From contig CAVPXI010000007.1 in NCBI GenBank assembly GCA_963709585.1, positions 224,001 to 288,000 on the forward strand: 64,000 bases of DNA, written 5' to 3'. This DNA is from Candidatus Dormiibacterota bacterium. GTDB lineage: Bacteria; Chloroflexota; Dormibacteria; Aeolococcales; Aeolococcaceae. Every line of letters begins with the position of its first letter. The stretch's first letter is position 1. This document shows, piece by piece, positions 40,899 to 50,337 of this stretch. Under the pieces are notes generated by a model. That model ran no database searches. It saw only the letters and a list, made by a program, of their open reading frames with translations, and was not told the origin of the DNA. The translations under genes and the position numbers were made by a program.

Positions 40899-41820
40899 CT
40901 AGTCGGTGGCAAGGGCGGCGAACACCGGTTCCAACTGCTCGACCGTGTCGATCGAGGGCGGCCAGGGCATCACTTCCACTCGCGTGACGCCGACTTCTGC
41001 GAAGCGGGCGATCGTCTCGGTGATCTGATCGATCGAGCCGCTGATTGCCACACCGAACCCTGTTGCTTCGGCCAACTTCGCGTCACCCGGCTCGACGAAC
41101 GCGCCGACTGACCGACCGATGGTCGTCGGGTCGCGGCCGATGCTCTCGCAGATCCGATCCAGTTCCCCGGTCATCGTCGCAAAGGCTTCAGGCAGGCTGC
41201 TCGACGTTGCGTATGCGCTCCAGACGTCGGCGTACTTGGCTGCGGCAGTCATCGTGCGCGCCGAATGCCCGCCCATCATCAGCGGAATGTCTCCGGGTCG
41301 CGGCCCACGAGGACGCAAGACAGCGTCCTTGACACGATGAAACTCGCCGTCGAACGTCGAACTTGGCACACCGCGCAGCAACGGCACGATGATCTCCAAC
41401 GCTTCGAGGTAGCGCGTTATCGGCTTGTCGGCCGGATACCCGAATGAACTCGGCGCCACCGCCGTGGCCAGCACCCAGCCCCAGCACGAAGCGTCCACCC
41501 GATATCTCGTCGAGCGCCTCAGCGGCCCGGACGATCATCCCCGGGTTGTGCTGAAGCGCCGACATCACCCACGTTCCGACGCGAACCTTCGACGTGCTAG
41601 CCGCAACCGCGCCGGTCATGGCGAGGCAATCCCACCAGCCTCGGGGACCTGGCCAGTCTTCAACTCGCCAGAGAATCTCGTCCGCCAACCACACCGTGTC
41701 GGCGCCCAGTTCCTCGCCACGACGAGCCCATGTGCTGATGTCCGCCCACGTCGGTTTGCCGCCGTCGTCAGGCCGCTCGTGCATGGGCAGCACCAACCCG
41801 AGGGCGACGCCCTTACCCAT
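40899..41820 (-). CDS. LLM-class flavin-dependent oxidoreductase; +1 indel near 41453
   Basis: G.D.VWLAD, AA.TS.V.VGT.V, LDEISGGRFVLGLGAG; PLMMGG...AAKYAD.W in the next frame. Confidence 0.85.
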
Positions 41821-42054
41821 CGCTCCCCATCGCCACGGCGTGCGCTTGGCCACGGCGACGCATCGGTCCTGCCTCGTACTGCGTCGCGAGGGCTTCGCTC
41901 GACTGATCTTGGCGAACGCCCTTGTGCATCGAGCCGCAGTGTAGCTGCGACGCGGACGTGGCTTCAGCAGCCTGGGGCTCGATCACCGGCGTCCATACCG
42001 CTCCATCACCGATGACAGGTCCTTCTTGTACGCTGGCGCGCTGGAGGTGCGTGA

Positions 42055-42586
42055 ATAAGTCGTGATCCGTACGCCGATCTTCCTCAGGTGCCGTGGTTCA
42101 GCCTGTCGAGCGATGACATCAAGGACGGCAAGCAGTTGCCGTCGGCGCAGCGAAGCGGGATCTTTGGTGCCGGCGGAGAGGACGTGTCGCCCGCCCTCTC
42201 GTGGAGCGGCTTCCCCGAGGGCACGAAGAGCTTTGCTGTGACTGTGTACGACCCCGACGCGCCGACGGCAAGCGGGTTCTGGCACTGGGCCGTCGTCGAC
42301 CTTCCCAGCAGCGTCACCAGTCTGCCGGCCGGCGCCGGTGACCAGGCCGGTCAGCGCCTGCCATCGGGAGCCTTCCATCTTCGCAACGACGGAGGCCTCG
42401 CCGGTTACCTCGGCGCGGCGCCGCCGCCGGGGCACGGCCCTCACCAGTACCACTTCGTGGTGCACGCGGTCGACGTCCCGTCGCTCGGCATCGGCCCCGA
42501 ACTCCACGCCCGCGTTTCTCGGCTTCAATCTGTTCACGCACACGCTGGGCCGCGCGCGCATCGTCTCCTGGTACGAGAACAGCTAG
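42055..42586 (+). CDS. YbhB/YbcL (PEBP/Raf kinase inhibitor-like) protein; ATA start and +1 indel near 42497
   Basis: [30 protein letters not shown]; C-terminus TPAFLGFNL in the adjacent frame. Confidence 0.8.
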
Positions 42587-42602
42587 ATCCCATAAGTTGT
42601 TG

Positions 42603-43805
42603 TCAAGCTAATCCGGCGCTGCCATGCGCCGGATCGAAGTCCTTGTCGCCGCGCCACACGCCCCAGACGATGGCGAGCGCCTTGCTCATGCAGTGACCAA
42701 GGGAGTTCATCGCTGACTTGCCCGCGGCCCGCTTGCGAGCGTAGTGGGCGCGGATGATCGGGTTGTGTTGCACGCCGACCACCGCCATCCGGTACGCCGC
42801 CGCACGCAGATACGAGTTGCCGGTCTTGGCCATGGTCCAGCTCGTCTCGGGGTTCGCACCCTTCTTCCCTGAACTCTGCTCCTTGGGATGCACGCCTGCG
42901 TAGGCGAGCAACTGGTCGACATCGCTGAAGCGCCAGATGTCGCCGATCTCGGCCATGAGTGTGGCCGCGGTGGACGGCCCGACACCGGGAATCGAGAGCA
43001 GCCGCTGCGACACCTCGCCGTCGAGCAGGGAGGCGACCCGGGTGTCCGCGCTGGCGATCTGCTGGTCGAGCAGGTCGTGCTGCGCAATCAGGAGGCGCAT
43101 CTCGAACCCGACCTGCTGCGCGAGTTCCGGCGCAGCCACCGAGGTCTGAGCCAGCTGCTTGAGCTGGCCGGCCTTGAGCGGTCCGATCGCACGGCCACCA
43201 CCGCCCGGACGCTTGAGCCGAGCCAGGCGGTCCTGGTGCATGCGCGCCACGGCCGCGGCGGTCGGCGCGTGGCGGAGCACCGCCAGGGCGCTCACGCAGG
43301 TCGGGTCGTCCCAGACCTCGCGCAGCTCAGGAAAGCCGATGTCCACCAACCGCTGGATGCGCTGGCAGACCTGGGCCTGCTCACGCACCAAACGCATCGC
43401 GAACCGCGCCGCCTCCTTGAGCTCGGCCCCCACCAGGGGCTCGCTGATCCGCGGCTGGTCGTGCGTTCCCAACGCCGCCAGTGTGCGCGCGTCGGCCGGG
43501 TCGCTCTTGCTCCGCTGCAGCCGGCTCTTGGCGAAGTACTTGGCCTGCAACGGGTTCACCACCGCCACCGGATACCCCTGGCGACGCAGGTGGCTGGCCA
43601 GGTTGAACCAGTAGTGGCCGCTCGATTCCATCACCACCACCTCGATCGGCGCTTCCTGCTTCGTCATCCACGCGTCCAGTTCGCCGAAGCCCTTGCGCTT
43701 GGTGGTGATGGTGAGCACCTTCCGATCCGCCTCGCGCTCACCCTGGCGACACACCGCCGCCGCGCACTTGTATGCCCCCACGTCGATCCCCACCGCCAGG
43801 CTCAT
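42603..43805 (-). CDS. IS110 family DEDD recombinase/transposase
   Basis: [17 protein letters not shown] (RuvC-like DEDD); SIPGVG...AEIGD..RF...AYAG..P...SSG (catalytic Ser); RBS AGGAGG. Confidence 0.95.
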   Translation of the reverse strand: MSLAVGIDVGAYKCAAAVCRQGEREADRKVLTITTKRKGFGELDAWMTKQEAPIEVVVMESSGHYWFNLASHLRRQGYPVAVVNPLQAKYFAKSRLQRSKSDPADARTLAALGTHDQPRISEPLVGAELKEAARFAMRLVREQAQVCQRIQRLVDIGFPELREVWDDPTCVSALAVLRHAPTAAAVARMHQDRLARLKRPGGGGRAIGPLKAGQLKQLAQTSVAAPELAQQVGFEMRLLIAQHDLLDQQIASADTRVASLLDGEVSQRLLSIPGVGPSTAATLMAEIGDIWRFSDVDQLLAYAGVHPKEQSSGKKGANPETSWTMAKTGNSYLRAAAYRMAVVGVQHNPIIRAHYARKRAAGKSAMNSLGHCMSKALAIVWGVWRGDKDFDPAHGSAGLA

Positions 43806-43844
43806 ACGCACCTCCTGTGTCGGGTTGCGACCCCAGGGGTCCTC

Positions 43845-44020
43845 GCCTTGCTTCGTCGCCGCGTGGGCTGATGCTCCATCACCGGTCACCGCCGTCGGAT
43901 CCCAATCACCGCTCGAAGACGAAGCACGAGGGCCGGTCACTAGCTCCATCGGTCCCGTCGCCGGATAGCTATGCGCCGGTCTCCCCGTCGAGGTCAGATT
44001 CCCCGCGATTCTGACCCTGC
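43845..44020 (-). ncRNA. Putative IS110 bridge RNA
   Basis: 5' hairpin GGTCAGA/TCTGACC; target loop carrying CGCATAGCT and AGCTAG; donor loop closed by TGCTTCGTC/GACGAAGCA carrying TGGGATC and ATCAG; ends approximate. Confidence 0.8.
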
Positions 44021-44035
44021 CAGGAGATATATCAG

Positions 44036-44779
44036 CTATCCGCTGAGCAGGAACTGTTCCGCTTCTCGATACTCGGGATTCTCGGCGACGTGGGTGCCGT
44101 GGGCGATGACCGGATGGGTCCGAAATGCGTCGGCGACGACGTCTGCGCTCAATGCTCTGGTGTCGTAGGGACACACGACTGACATTGGCGTCGAGGCGAA
44201 CGCAAGGTTGAACAACAACTCGTCAGCGAGTCCACGCGATGATCTCCGCGTCGGACCGACCTGCCCAGATGGGCTCCCCCAGGATGCGGACCCAAGATGC
44301 CCCGGCATCGATCTCCTGCTTCACCCATGCGCGATAGCGATCGAGGGCGGCGTTCGGCGAGGTCAGCCAGCCCACCGAGTCCGCGAAGACGACATGACCA
44401 GCGTCCGCCCCGAGTGAGACTCGCAGCAGCTCGATGTGCGCCGCGGACGTCACCGCAAGCGCAGGTTCGGAACGTTCGATTCCTTGGGCAAGGAACGGGA
44501 CGGCCATGGCCAGGAACTCGTCCTCCGACCTGTACGCGAGCACAAGGTGCTCAAGCAGCGGCGGCGAGATCGGCCGGCCCCGATCAGATAGTCGACGCTG
44601 ACGGACAACGCGGTCGCGAGGGCGGTGAGGCTGCTGAGCCGTACGTCCTGGCGCCTGCCCGATTCGATCTGCGCAATGGCCGTCCAGCTCATGCCCGCGT
44701 GGTATGCGAGCGCTTCGCGGCTCCATCCCAGGCGCACCCGAGACGCTCGCAGGGTTTCCCCGATTCGAGACGAAGTCAC
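44036..44779 (-). CDS. XRE HTH + MEDS sensor domain protein; two compensating indels (~44580, ~44223)
   Basis: LRASRVRLGWSREALA...AIAQIESGR; H.VL.Y.S..EF....VPFL..G..R.E; RILGEP.W; VCPYD...THP. Confidence 0.75.
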
Positions 44780-44862
44780 ACGCGCCTCTTTAGGCCTCCG
44801 TAGCCGCGCATTTGTCCCGCCAAACTCGCCAACCCCGCCAGTATGTCATATGCGCGTGTCAG

Positions 44863-44891
44863 TTGACACCGACGCCTTAGCCCCCAATAAT
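44863..44891 (+). promoter_or_regulatory. Sigma70-type promoter (leaderless)
   Basis: TTGACA-N17-AATAAT, 6 nt before in-frame GTG 44898. Confidence 0.55.
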
Positions 44892-44897
44892 CTACAC

Positions 44898-45353
44898 GTG
44901 GCCGTGGAGCGTCTTCGGGAAGGCTTGGATCTGGAGCCCTTGGGGGCGGAAGGGCGTGCGGGTCGCCGCCCCTTCCAGGAGTCTGGGTACGCGGCTTATC
45001 GCTCCTCGCCAACAGGCTCCGACCACGAGCAGCTTACGCAGCGTCCGAGCGACCGGGTTGCGGAGCTCGAGGCGCGCCTTCGGCGCATCGCTGCCGAGCT
45101 CAAAGCCGCAGGGGTGATAGACGGCATCGACACCCCTCCCCCTGCGACGGATTACCCCCAGCTCGACGAGCTCAGCAGCCGGCAGCGAGAGATCCTTATC
45201 CGCCTCCTCAACGCCCAACGCGTGTCGGTCATTGCTGCGGAGCTCTACGTCAGCCCGAGCACGGTGCGCAACCACCTGGTGACGATCTTCACCAAGTTCG
45301 GCGTGCACTCGCAGGTGGAGTTGCTCGCCGCCCTCCGCCGTCACCAGCGTTAG
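44898..45353 (+). CDS. LuxR-type C-terminal HTH regulator
   Basis: LSSRQREIL..L.....V..IA.ELYVSPSTVRNHL..IF.KFGVHSQ.EL; start uncertain. Confidence 0.8.
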   Translation: MAVERLREGLDLEPLGAEGRAGRRPFQESGYAAYRSSPTGSDHEQLTQRPSDRVAELEARLRRIAAELKAAGVIDGIDTPPPATDYPQLDELSSRQREILIRLLNAQRVSVIAAELYVSPSTVRNHLVTIFTKFGVHSQVELLAALRRHQR

Positions 45354-45389
45354 CTCTGTTCAGGTCATCGCGGGACGGGGAGAATCGAT

Positions 45390-45434
45390 TGGCTGGGGAG
45401 GGAGGATTCGAACCTCCGATTGGCTGATCCAGAA
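45390..45434 (-). tRNA. 3' fragment of tRNA-Gln(CUG), att-like; not a complete tRNA
   Basis: Minus strand TTCTGGATCAGCCAATCGGAGGTTCGAATCCTCCCTCCCCAGCCA: anticodon CTG, T-arm GGAGG-TTCGAAT-CCTCC, CCA end; upstream bases cannot form the D-arm, anticodon stem or acceptor 5' strand. Confidence 0.85.
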
Positions 45435-45857
45435 TTACTCGTTCCAGGTTGCACCTCCAAAACTCGCTCCGTGGGCCTCGACAACATCATCTAACCTTAC
45501 TCATCACGTGCTGTGCATCGACTAATCGGGTGCGGGGGGTCGATTTGGAGTGACTAATCAAGTGCAGCGCAACGCCCGAAAATCGCTCGAAATTTAGGAC
45601 CTGATGATACAAAATTAGCCGCTCCTCAACACGCCGCAAAAAACCCCGAGTCCAAGCTCCCGGATGTCGCCGGTGCATCTGTTCTAGCCATGCTTGTCGT
45701 GAACTTGCCTGCCGGGTAGGTTGGAGCGCCGGTCATCGCCGCGCACCCGCTGCTGATCGGGCGGATCGCTTCAGGCGTCCGCTGTGACCCCGGTCGCGAT
45801 GACGGTGGCGCTACAACTCCAACGTCGACGCCGGCGCTCTCTGGACGCTCGGCAACT

Positions 45858-46193
45858 CTAGGCTGTGATGTCGCGGTACCAGAAGCTCGCGCCAGCGACG
45901 ACCGACATCCCGACGGCGTAGAGACCCGCCATGATCAGCGCAGTTGTGTAGGACACGCTCGAGCCTGCCTCATTGAACACGCTCGCCTGACCGCCAGTCA
46001 GGACCACCGACAGGATCCGCCCCGGGAGGTATTGACCGACGGTCGGCTCGACCTGGTTGACCAGGCCTTCGATCACCAGCAACCATGCGATCGCGGCGCC
46101 AACCGCGCCCGCAGGATTGCGGACCAGCACGGCGACCAATGTGCCGAAGATCGTCCACCCAATGACCGCAAGCAGGTGGGATACGACCGGCAC
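45858..46193 (-). pseudogene. ABC-2 type permease C-terminal fragment
   Basis: LVRNPAGAVG...W..VIE.L...YLPG...F..RDITA; N-terminal half absent. Confidence 0.65.
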
Positions 46194-46199
46194 TACCGC

Positions 46200-46768
46200 C
46201 TACCTTGAATTCCTCGGCAACCTCGTGCATCGAGCGTCCGACTTCGTTGGGCGCTTCAATCTCGTCAGCCTCGATGCGGTCGAGGCGATATCCCAAACGC
46301 GCAGGCACTGCAGCACTCCGTACATTTGCCTCGTCGCAGTGGATCTCCACACGTATGACTTCCATCCAAGCCGAGGGCGGTGTCTGTCAGAAGCCGGGCC
46401 GTCTCGGTGACGAGGCCGCGTCGTACAAAACGTACGTCGATCCAATACCCTACTTCAAACCCGCTCTCGCCGACACGTGGATGGAGGCCACATCCGCCTA
46501 CAAACGTCCCGCTGTGTCGCATCGTGATCGCATAGTTGGCAGAGGAATCATCACCATAATCACTCGCCGCAAACGTAACAAAGTCACGCACTGACTCTTC
46601 GGTCGGCGGCGACTGAGCCCATTGCATCCACCCCCGCAAATGGTCAAAGCTGGCCTGGAGGGCGGCCAGCACCACGGGGGTGTCGTCGGGATAGCGGTAT
46701 CTGCGCAATACGACTCTTGACCCGGCGATCTCCTCGGGCGGGCGATGTATGCGCACGCCAACGATCAT
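46200..46768 (-). pseudogene. RimJ/RimL-type GNAT acetyltransferase, frameshifted ~46360 and 3' truncated
   Basis: S.DHL..WM.WA, VGGCGLH.R, EVGYW; VEIHCDEANVRSAAVPARLGY in the next frame. Confidence 0.7.
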
Positions 46769-47043
46769 ATGCGGACGACGCTCAATCCAAACCCGAACGC
46801 TCCCACGCGATCGCTCTCAGCGTGGACGCCACTTGCGTGCGTCCACGGGGACCCTGAAACCGGTAACCGCTCTGGAGCGCGCCCGCGGAAGGCTGCCGTG
46901 CGCAGAGCGATGGGTGCGGGGCTCGCTTCAAGATTCGAGCTTCGTTCCGCTGTCGGGAACGCGGCCGAGCGCAAGGCCATGAATCATGGATGCTATGCGC
47001 GCCGCGACGAACGCCAATTAGTGTCGCTGACGGGAGTAACGGC

Positions 47044-48297
47044 TCAGGCAGTGGCGACCACGATGGCGCTGGTGACCTTGGGCCTCCGGGGCGACGTTGC
47101 GGCGATCAGCAGCATGGCCCCGACACCCGCCGTTGTCTCGATCGACCCGCTCCACGGCACCCCCAACCCCGAAAGGACCAGGATCGTCACGCTGCCGGTC
47201 ACCATCCCGGCGAAGAGACACAAATAGACGAGCCCATTCACCCGACCGAGCAGCTCAGGCGCCGAGTGGCGCTGCATCGCGATATTGCCCCACACCTCCG
47301 AGACCTCAGCGGCGACGCCAGATGCGAGCAGGGCGGCGGCGCAGGCGAGAAGCATCGGGCTGAAGGGGAGTAGCGCGAGACTCGCCAGCTCGGCCAATCC
47401 CAACCCCAGCAGTGCGCGTCCAGTCAGGCGAGGGCGGAGCTTGAGACTAAGCGCCCCGCCGATGAGTCCACCGGCGCCGACGGCTGCGTAGAGCCAACCG
47501 ACCGAGCTCGTCGCACCGAAGTGCCCGGCCACGCCAACCAGCACCGCCGAGGTCACTGTGACGACCCCGCCGTTCACGAAGCTGAGCACAGCGAGACTGC
47601 GAAGCGTGCTGTCCCGAAACACGGGCCGCACAGCGGCAAACGGCGACGGCAGGCTGTGGTCAGGAGCACCACCCGTGCGACGGCCAGGCAGCGAGAAAAG
47701 CAGAGCTGCGGCGACTGCGAAGCTGGCGACGTCGACCCAGATGAGAGTTACCGGGGACATGATGGCAAGGGCAAGCGCTCCGAGGGCAGGACCAACGAGC
47801 ATGGCGCTGCTGTTGCCGATGCTGCGCAGCGAATTGACCCGGCTGAGGTGTTCCGGGCGCGCCACCAAGGGCACCAAGGCGCCCTCACACGGCGCCGACA
47901 ACGCGCCGGCTGCCTGGCCGAACCCGACTGCAATGCAGATGCCGACCACGGTGTCCTCCTGGGCGGCGACGATGATCGCCGCGGTGGCCACTCCCTGAAC
48001 TGCGTAGCCGAGGGCGGCGACGCGGGCCGGTCCGAAGCGGTCGGCGAGCGACCCCCCTAAGGTTGTTCCGAGGAGCCGAGGCGCCACGCGGGCGAACATG
48101 TAGGCGGCGGGTCCGGCGGGGCTCTGCGTAAGCCGATAGACGACCATCATGACGGCGACCGTGGTCAGCCAGTTCCCGGACTGGGAGAGAACGACCGCGG
48201 TAAGAAATCGACCAGCCGGTCCAGTGGGGTCCGAACGCCGAGCCGACACACCGGTCTCGATGCGGCTCGGCTCGGCCTGAGGCTTCGGTGCGGTCAT
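47044..48297 (-). CDS. MFS transporter (macrolide-efflux/DHA3-like exporter)
   Basis: About 12 TM segments; S..G.WL..VA, GGSLADRFG, L.RVNSL, GPALG, LLGRVNG; RBS GGAG. Confidence 0.88.
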   Translation of the reverse strand: MTAPKPQAEPSRIETGVSARRSDPTGPAGRFLTAVVLSQSGNWLTTVAVMMVVYRLTQSPAGPAAYMFARVAPRLLGTTLGGSLADRFGPARVAALGYAVQGVATAAIIVAAQEDTVVGICIAVGFGQAAGALSAPCEGALVPLVARPEHLSRVNSLRSIGNSSAMLVGPALGALALAIMSPVTLIWVDVASFAVAAALLFSLPGRRTGGAPDHSLPSPFAAVRPVFRDSTLRSLAVLSFVNGGVVTVTSAVLVGVAGHFGATSSVGWLYAAVGAGGLIGGALSLKLRPRLTGRALLGLGLAELASLALLPFSPMLLACAAALLASGVAAEVSEVWGNIAMQRHSAPELLGRVNGLVYLCLFAGMVTGSVTILVLSGLGVPWSGSIETTAGVGAMLLIAATSPRRPKVTSAIVVATA

Positions 48298-48366
48298 GGA
48301 TCTCTTGCTCCCTAATGAAGAGGGGAGGGAGCCCCGACACGCCGCCGGAACTCCGTCCGCACTGGT

Positions 48367-48543
48367 CTACCAATGGTTGTTGTGGCTGAACCAATGGCAT
48401 GTGTCACCGTCGCCGTCGCTGTGCCGCCACCCGCCCACGCTGGTGTCGCTATAGGTCCAGTGGCCGTTGTCGCCGTCGCTGTGGCCCCAGCGGCCGGTGT
48501 CGCTGACCGTGGCGCTGTGGCACCAATGTCCGTTGTCGCTCAT
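48367..48543 (-). CDS. 58-aa Trp/His/Asp repeat peptide (below the ORF-track cutoff)
   Basis: Manual translation MSDNGHWCHSATVSDTGRWGHSDGDNGHWTYSDTSVGGWRHSDGDGDTCHWFSHNNHW*; RBS GGAG 7 nt upstream; co-oriented with the MFS gene. Confidence 0.75.
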   Translation of the reverse strand: MSDNGHWCHSATVSDTGRWGHSDGDNGHWTYSDTSVGGWRHSDGDGDTCHWFSHNNHW

Positions 48544-48741
48544 CGTTGATCTCCGGCGAGGGTCCGTCTCCTCGAGGCGGTCCGACCCTCATCAGGTACG
48601 GCGCCAGAAGTCCTCTCGCGTTGTCAAAAACAGTCTGGCGACTTCCTTCTGCGAGCGGACAGCTGTCAAGGCTTGGGCGACTGGGACGTCACTCAGCACT
48701 GCGTTGATGGGACCCGTAGGTCATGTTGGTGTGCCGCTGCT

Positions 48742-50138
48742 GGTCAAGTCCCGCGTAGTGGTGTGAATTCGGTGGAGTTCTCACAACGTCGTTGAACTAC
48801 GCGACGAGTCCCTCCGTGAGCGGGTTGGTGAGCAAAGGCGGACCGTCGGGGTGCATCACACGAGCCATCGACTGCTGACTGAAGTGGCGACGTCCGTCCT
48901 GCCATTCGTCGTGCTGGTCCTGGAGCACCGCGGTGAACAGACGGAGCAGTGAGGCCGTGTTGGGGAAGATGCCCACCACCTTGGCGCGGCGGTCGAGCTC
49001 AGCGTTGACCCGCTCGATGGCGTTGGTCGACGAGATCGAGCGCCAGTGGTCGACCGGAAAATCCAGGTAGGCGAGCACATCGGCCTCCGCAGCGCGGAGC
49101 TTGGCTGCCACCGTAGGGAAGCGTGGCTCGAGCACGTTGAGCGCATGCTGCACGGCGTCACGAGCGGTCTCGCGAGTTGGCTGCAGGAAGATTGACTTCA
49201 CCACCGCGAGCACCGCCGGAGCGTGCAGCTTGGGCACGGCGCTCGCCACGTTGCGCAGGAAGTGCACCTTGCAGCGCTGCCAGGTGGCGCCTGCGAACAC
49301 CTGGGATAAGGCGCTGCGCAGTCCCTCATGGGCGTCGGAGATGACCAGCTGCACGCCGCTCAGCCCGCGCCGGGCCAGGCTGCGGCAGAACTCCAGCCAG
49401 AAGGCCTCGGTCTCGCTGGCGCCGATGGCCAGGCCGAGCACGCTCTTCTCGCCGGTCTCACGCACTCCCACAGCGACGACCGCGGCCTGGCTCACGATCC
49501 GAGCGCCCTGACGCACCTTCTCGTAGGTGGCGTCGAACCAGACGTACGGGTACGGCTCATCGAGGGGGCGCTCGCGGAACTCGGCGAGCTCCTCGTCGAG
49601 CAGCGCGCAGATCCGGCTCACCTCGCTGCGACTGATGCTGCAGCCTCCCAGCGCGGCCATGAGGCCGTCGACCTTGCGGGTGCTGATGCCGAGCACATAC
49701 GCCTCCTGAACCACCGCGAGCAGGGCGCGATCAATGCGCCGCCGCGGCTCGAGCAAGGTCGGGAAGAAGCTTCCAGAACGCAGCTTGGGGATCTGCAGCT
49801 CGAGGCGCCCCGAGCCGGTGTCGAGGATCCGCTCCCGGTAGCCGTTGCGGTACGTGGTCCGGTTCGCCGCTCGCTCGTGCGGGCCGGCGCCGATCTGGGT
49901 GGCCGCCTCGGCTTCGATCAAGCGCTGCATCGCATGTTCGAGGACGCGTCGCAAGACGTCCGTGTCTGCGCCTTGGAGTTGCTCGAGCAGTGCCGGGGGC
50001 ATCATCCTGTTCTGGGCCATCGTGGGTCTCCTGGTTTGGGTAAGAGCTTCCAAGAGAACTCCGCGGTGGCCTTCTTTGTCTACCTCGTCGGCAGCGCTGG
50101 GGTCACCCCGGATTTACACCACACTACGGGACATCACT
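48742..50138 (-). mobile_element. IS256-family element
   Basis: Imperfect terminal inverted repeats GGTCAAGTCCCGCGTAGTGGTGTGAAT / AGTGATGTCCCGTAGTGTGGTGTAAAT; no flanking direct repeat. Confidence 0.88.
48797..50020 (-). CDS. IS256 family DDE transposase
   Basis: YRNGYR.R, IPKLRSGSFFP, GISTRKV, WFDATY, ISDAHEGL, WQRCKVHF.RN, STNAIER.N. Confidence 0.95.
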   Translation of the reverse strand: MAQNRMMPPALLEQLQGADTDVLRRVLEHAMQRLIEAEAATQIGAGPHERAANRTTYRNGYRERILDTGSGRLELQIPKLRSGSFFPTLLEPRRRIDRALLAVVQEAYVLGISTRKVDGLMAALGGCSISRSEVSRICALLDEELAEFRERPLDEPYPYVWFDATYEKVRQGARIVSQAAVVAVGVRETGEKSVLGLAIGASETEAFWLEFCRSLARRGLSGVQLVISDAHEGLRSALSQVFAGATWQRCKVHFLRNVASAVPKLHAPAVLAVVKSIFLQPTRETARDAVQHALNVLEPRFPTVAAKLRAAEADVLAYLDFPVDHWRSISSTNAIERVNAELDRRAKVVGIFPNTASLLRLFTAVLQDQHDEWQDGRRHFSQQSMARVMHPDGPPLLTNPLTEGLVA

Positions 50139-50337
50139 ATCTCTGGTCGGAGTAAGACCTCTGGGCAGAGGAAGATCCCAGATCGGGTATCCGCGTGGAG
50201 TGCCTCCACCGGAGCTACGATCACCTCTCAAATGGCAGGGGATGGTCAGTTGGTCTCGGGGGTCAGGAACTCGGCTCTGAATGCCGGAGCATGTGGACTC
50301 GGGTTAGACCCGGTATAGGGAACTTAACGGCCTCACC

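Larger units (their letters stand above)
42585..44035 (-). mobile_element. IS110-family element bounded by CT core dinucleotides
   Basis: Transposase plus ~230-nt non-coding left end; no terminal inverted repeats seen; cores at 42585-86 and 44034-35 inferred from bridge-RNA guide matches. Confidence 0.88.

Noticed and set aside
42580-44038. CAGCTA direct repeat as a target-site duplication of IS110
   Set aside because: IS110 normally makes no TSD; the CT-core model fits the guide sequences and preserves both flanking stop codons
43806-44174. N-terminal extension of the IS110 ORF (523 aa in the track)
   Set aside because: A strong RBS and ATG sit at 43805; the upstream part is the structured non-coding end and the neighbouring gene
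45390-45465. Complete tRNA-Gln gene
   Set aside because: The 5' half cannot pair with the acceptor or anticodon stems; only the 3' fragment is present
45487-45678. 63-aa ORF in the AT-richer patch beside the att-like site
   Set aside because: No recognisable motif or RBS; not supportable as a gene
46769-47043. Possible degraded 3' end of another GNAT-like gene (…VTGFRVPVDARKWRPR*)
   Set aside because: Too short and frame-broken to support a call
48367-48543. Short repeats (GTCGCCGTCGCTGTG etc.) as a mini CRISPR array
   Set aside because: The repeats are short, degenerate and codon-phased, there are no cas genes, and the peptide ORF explains them
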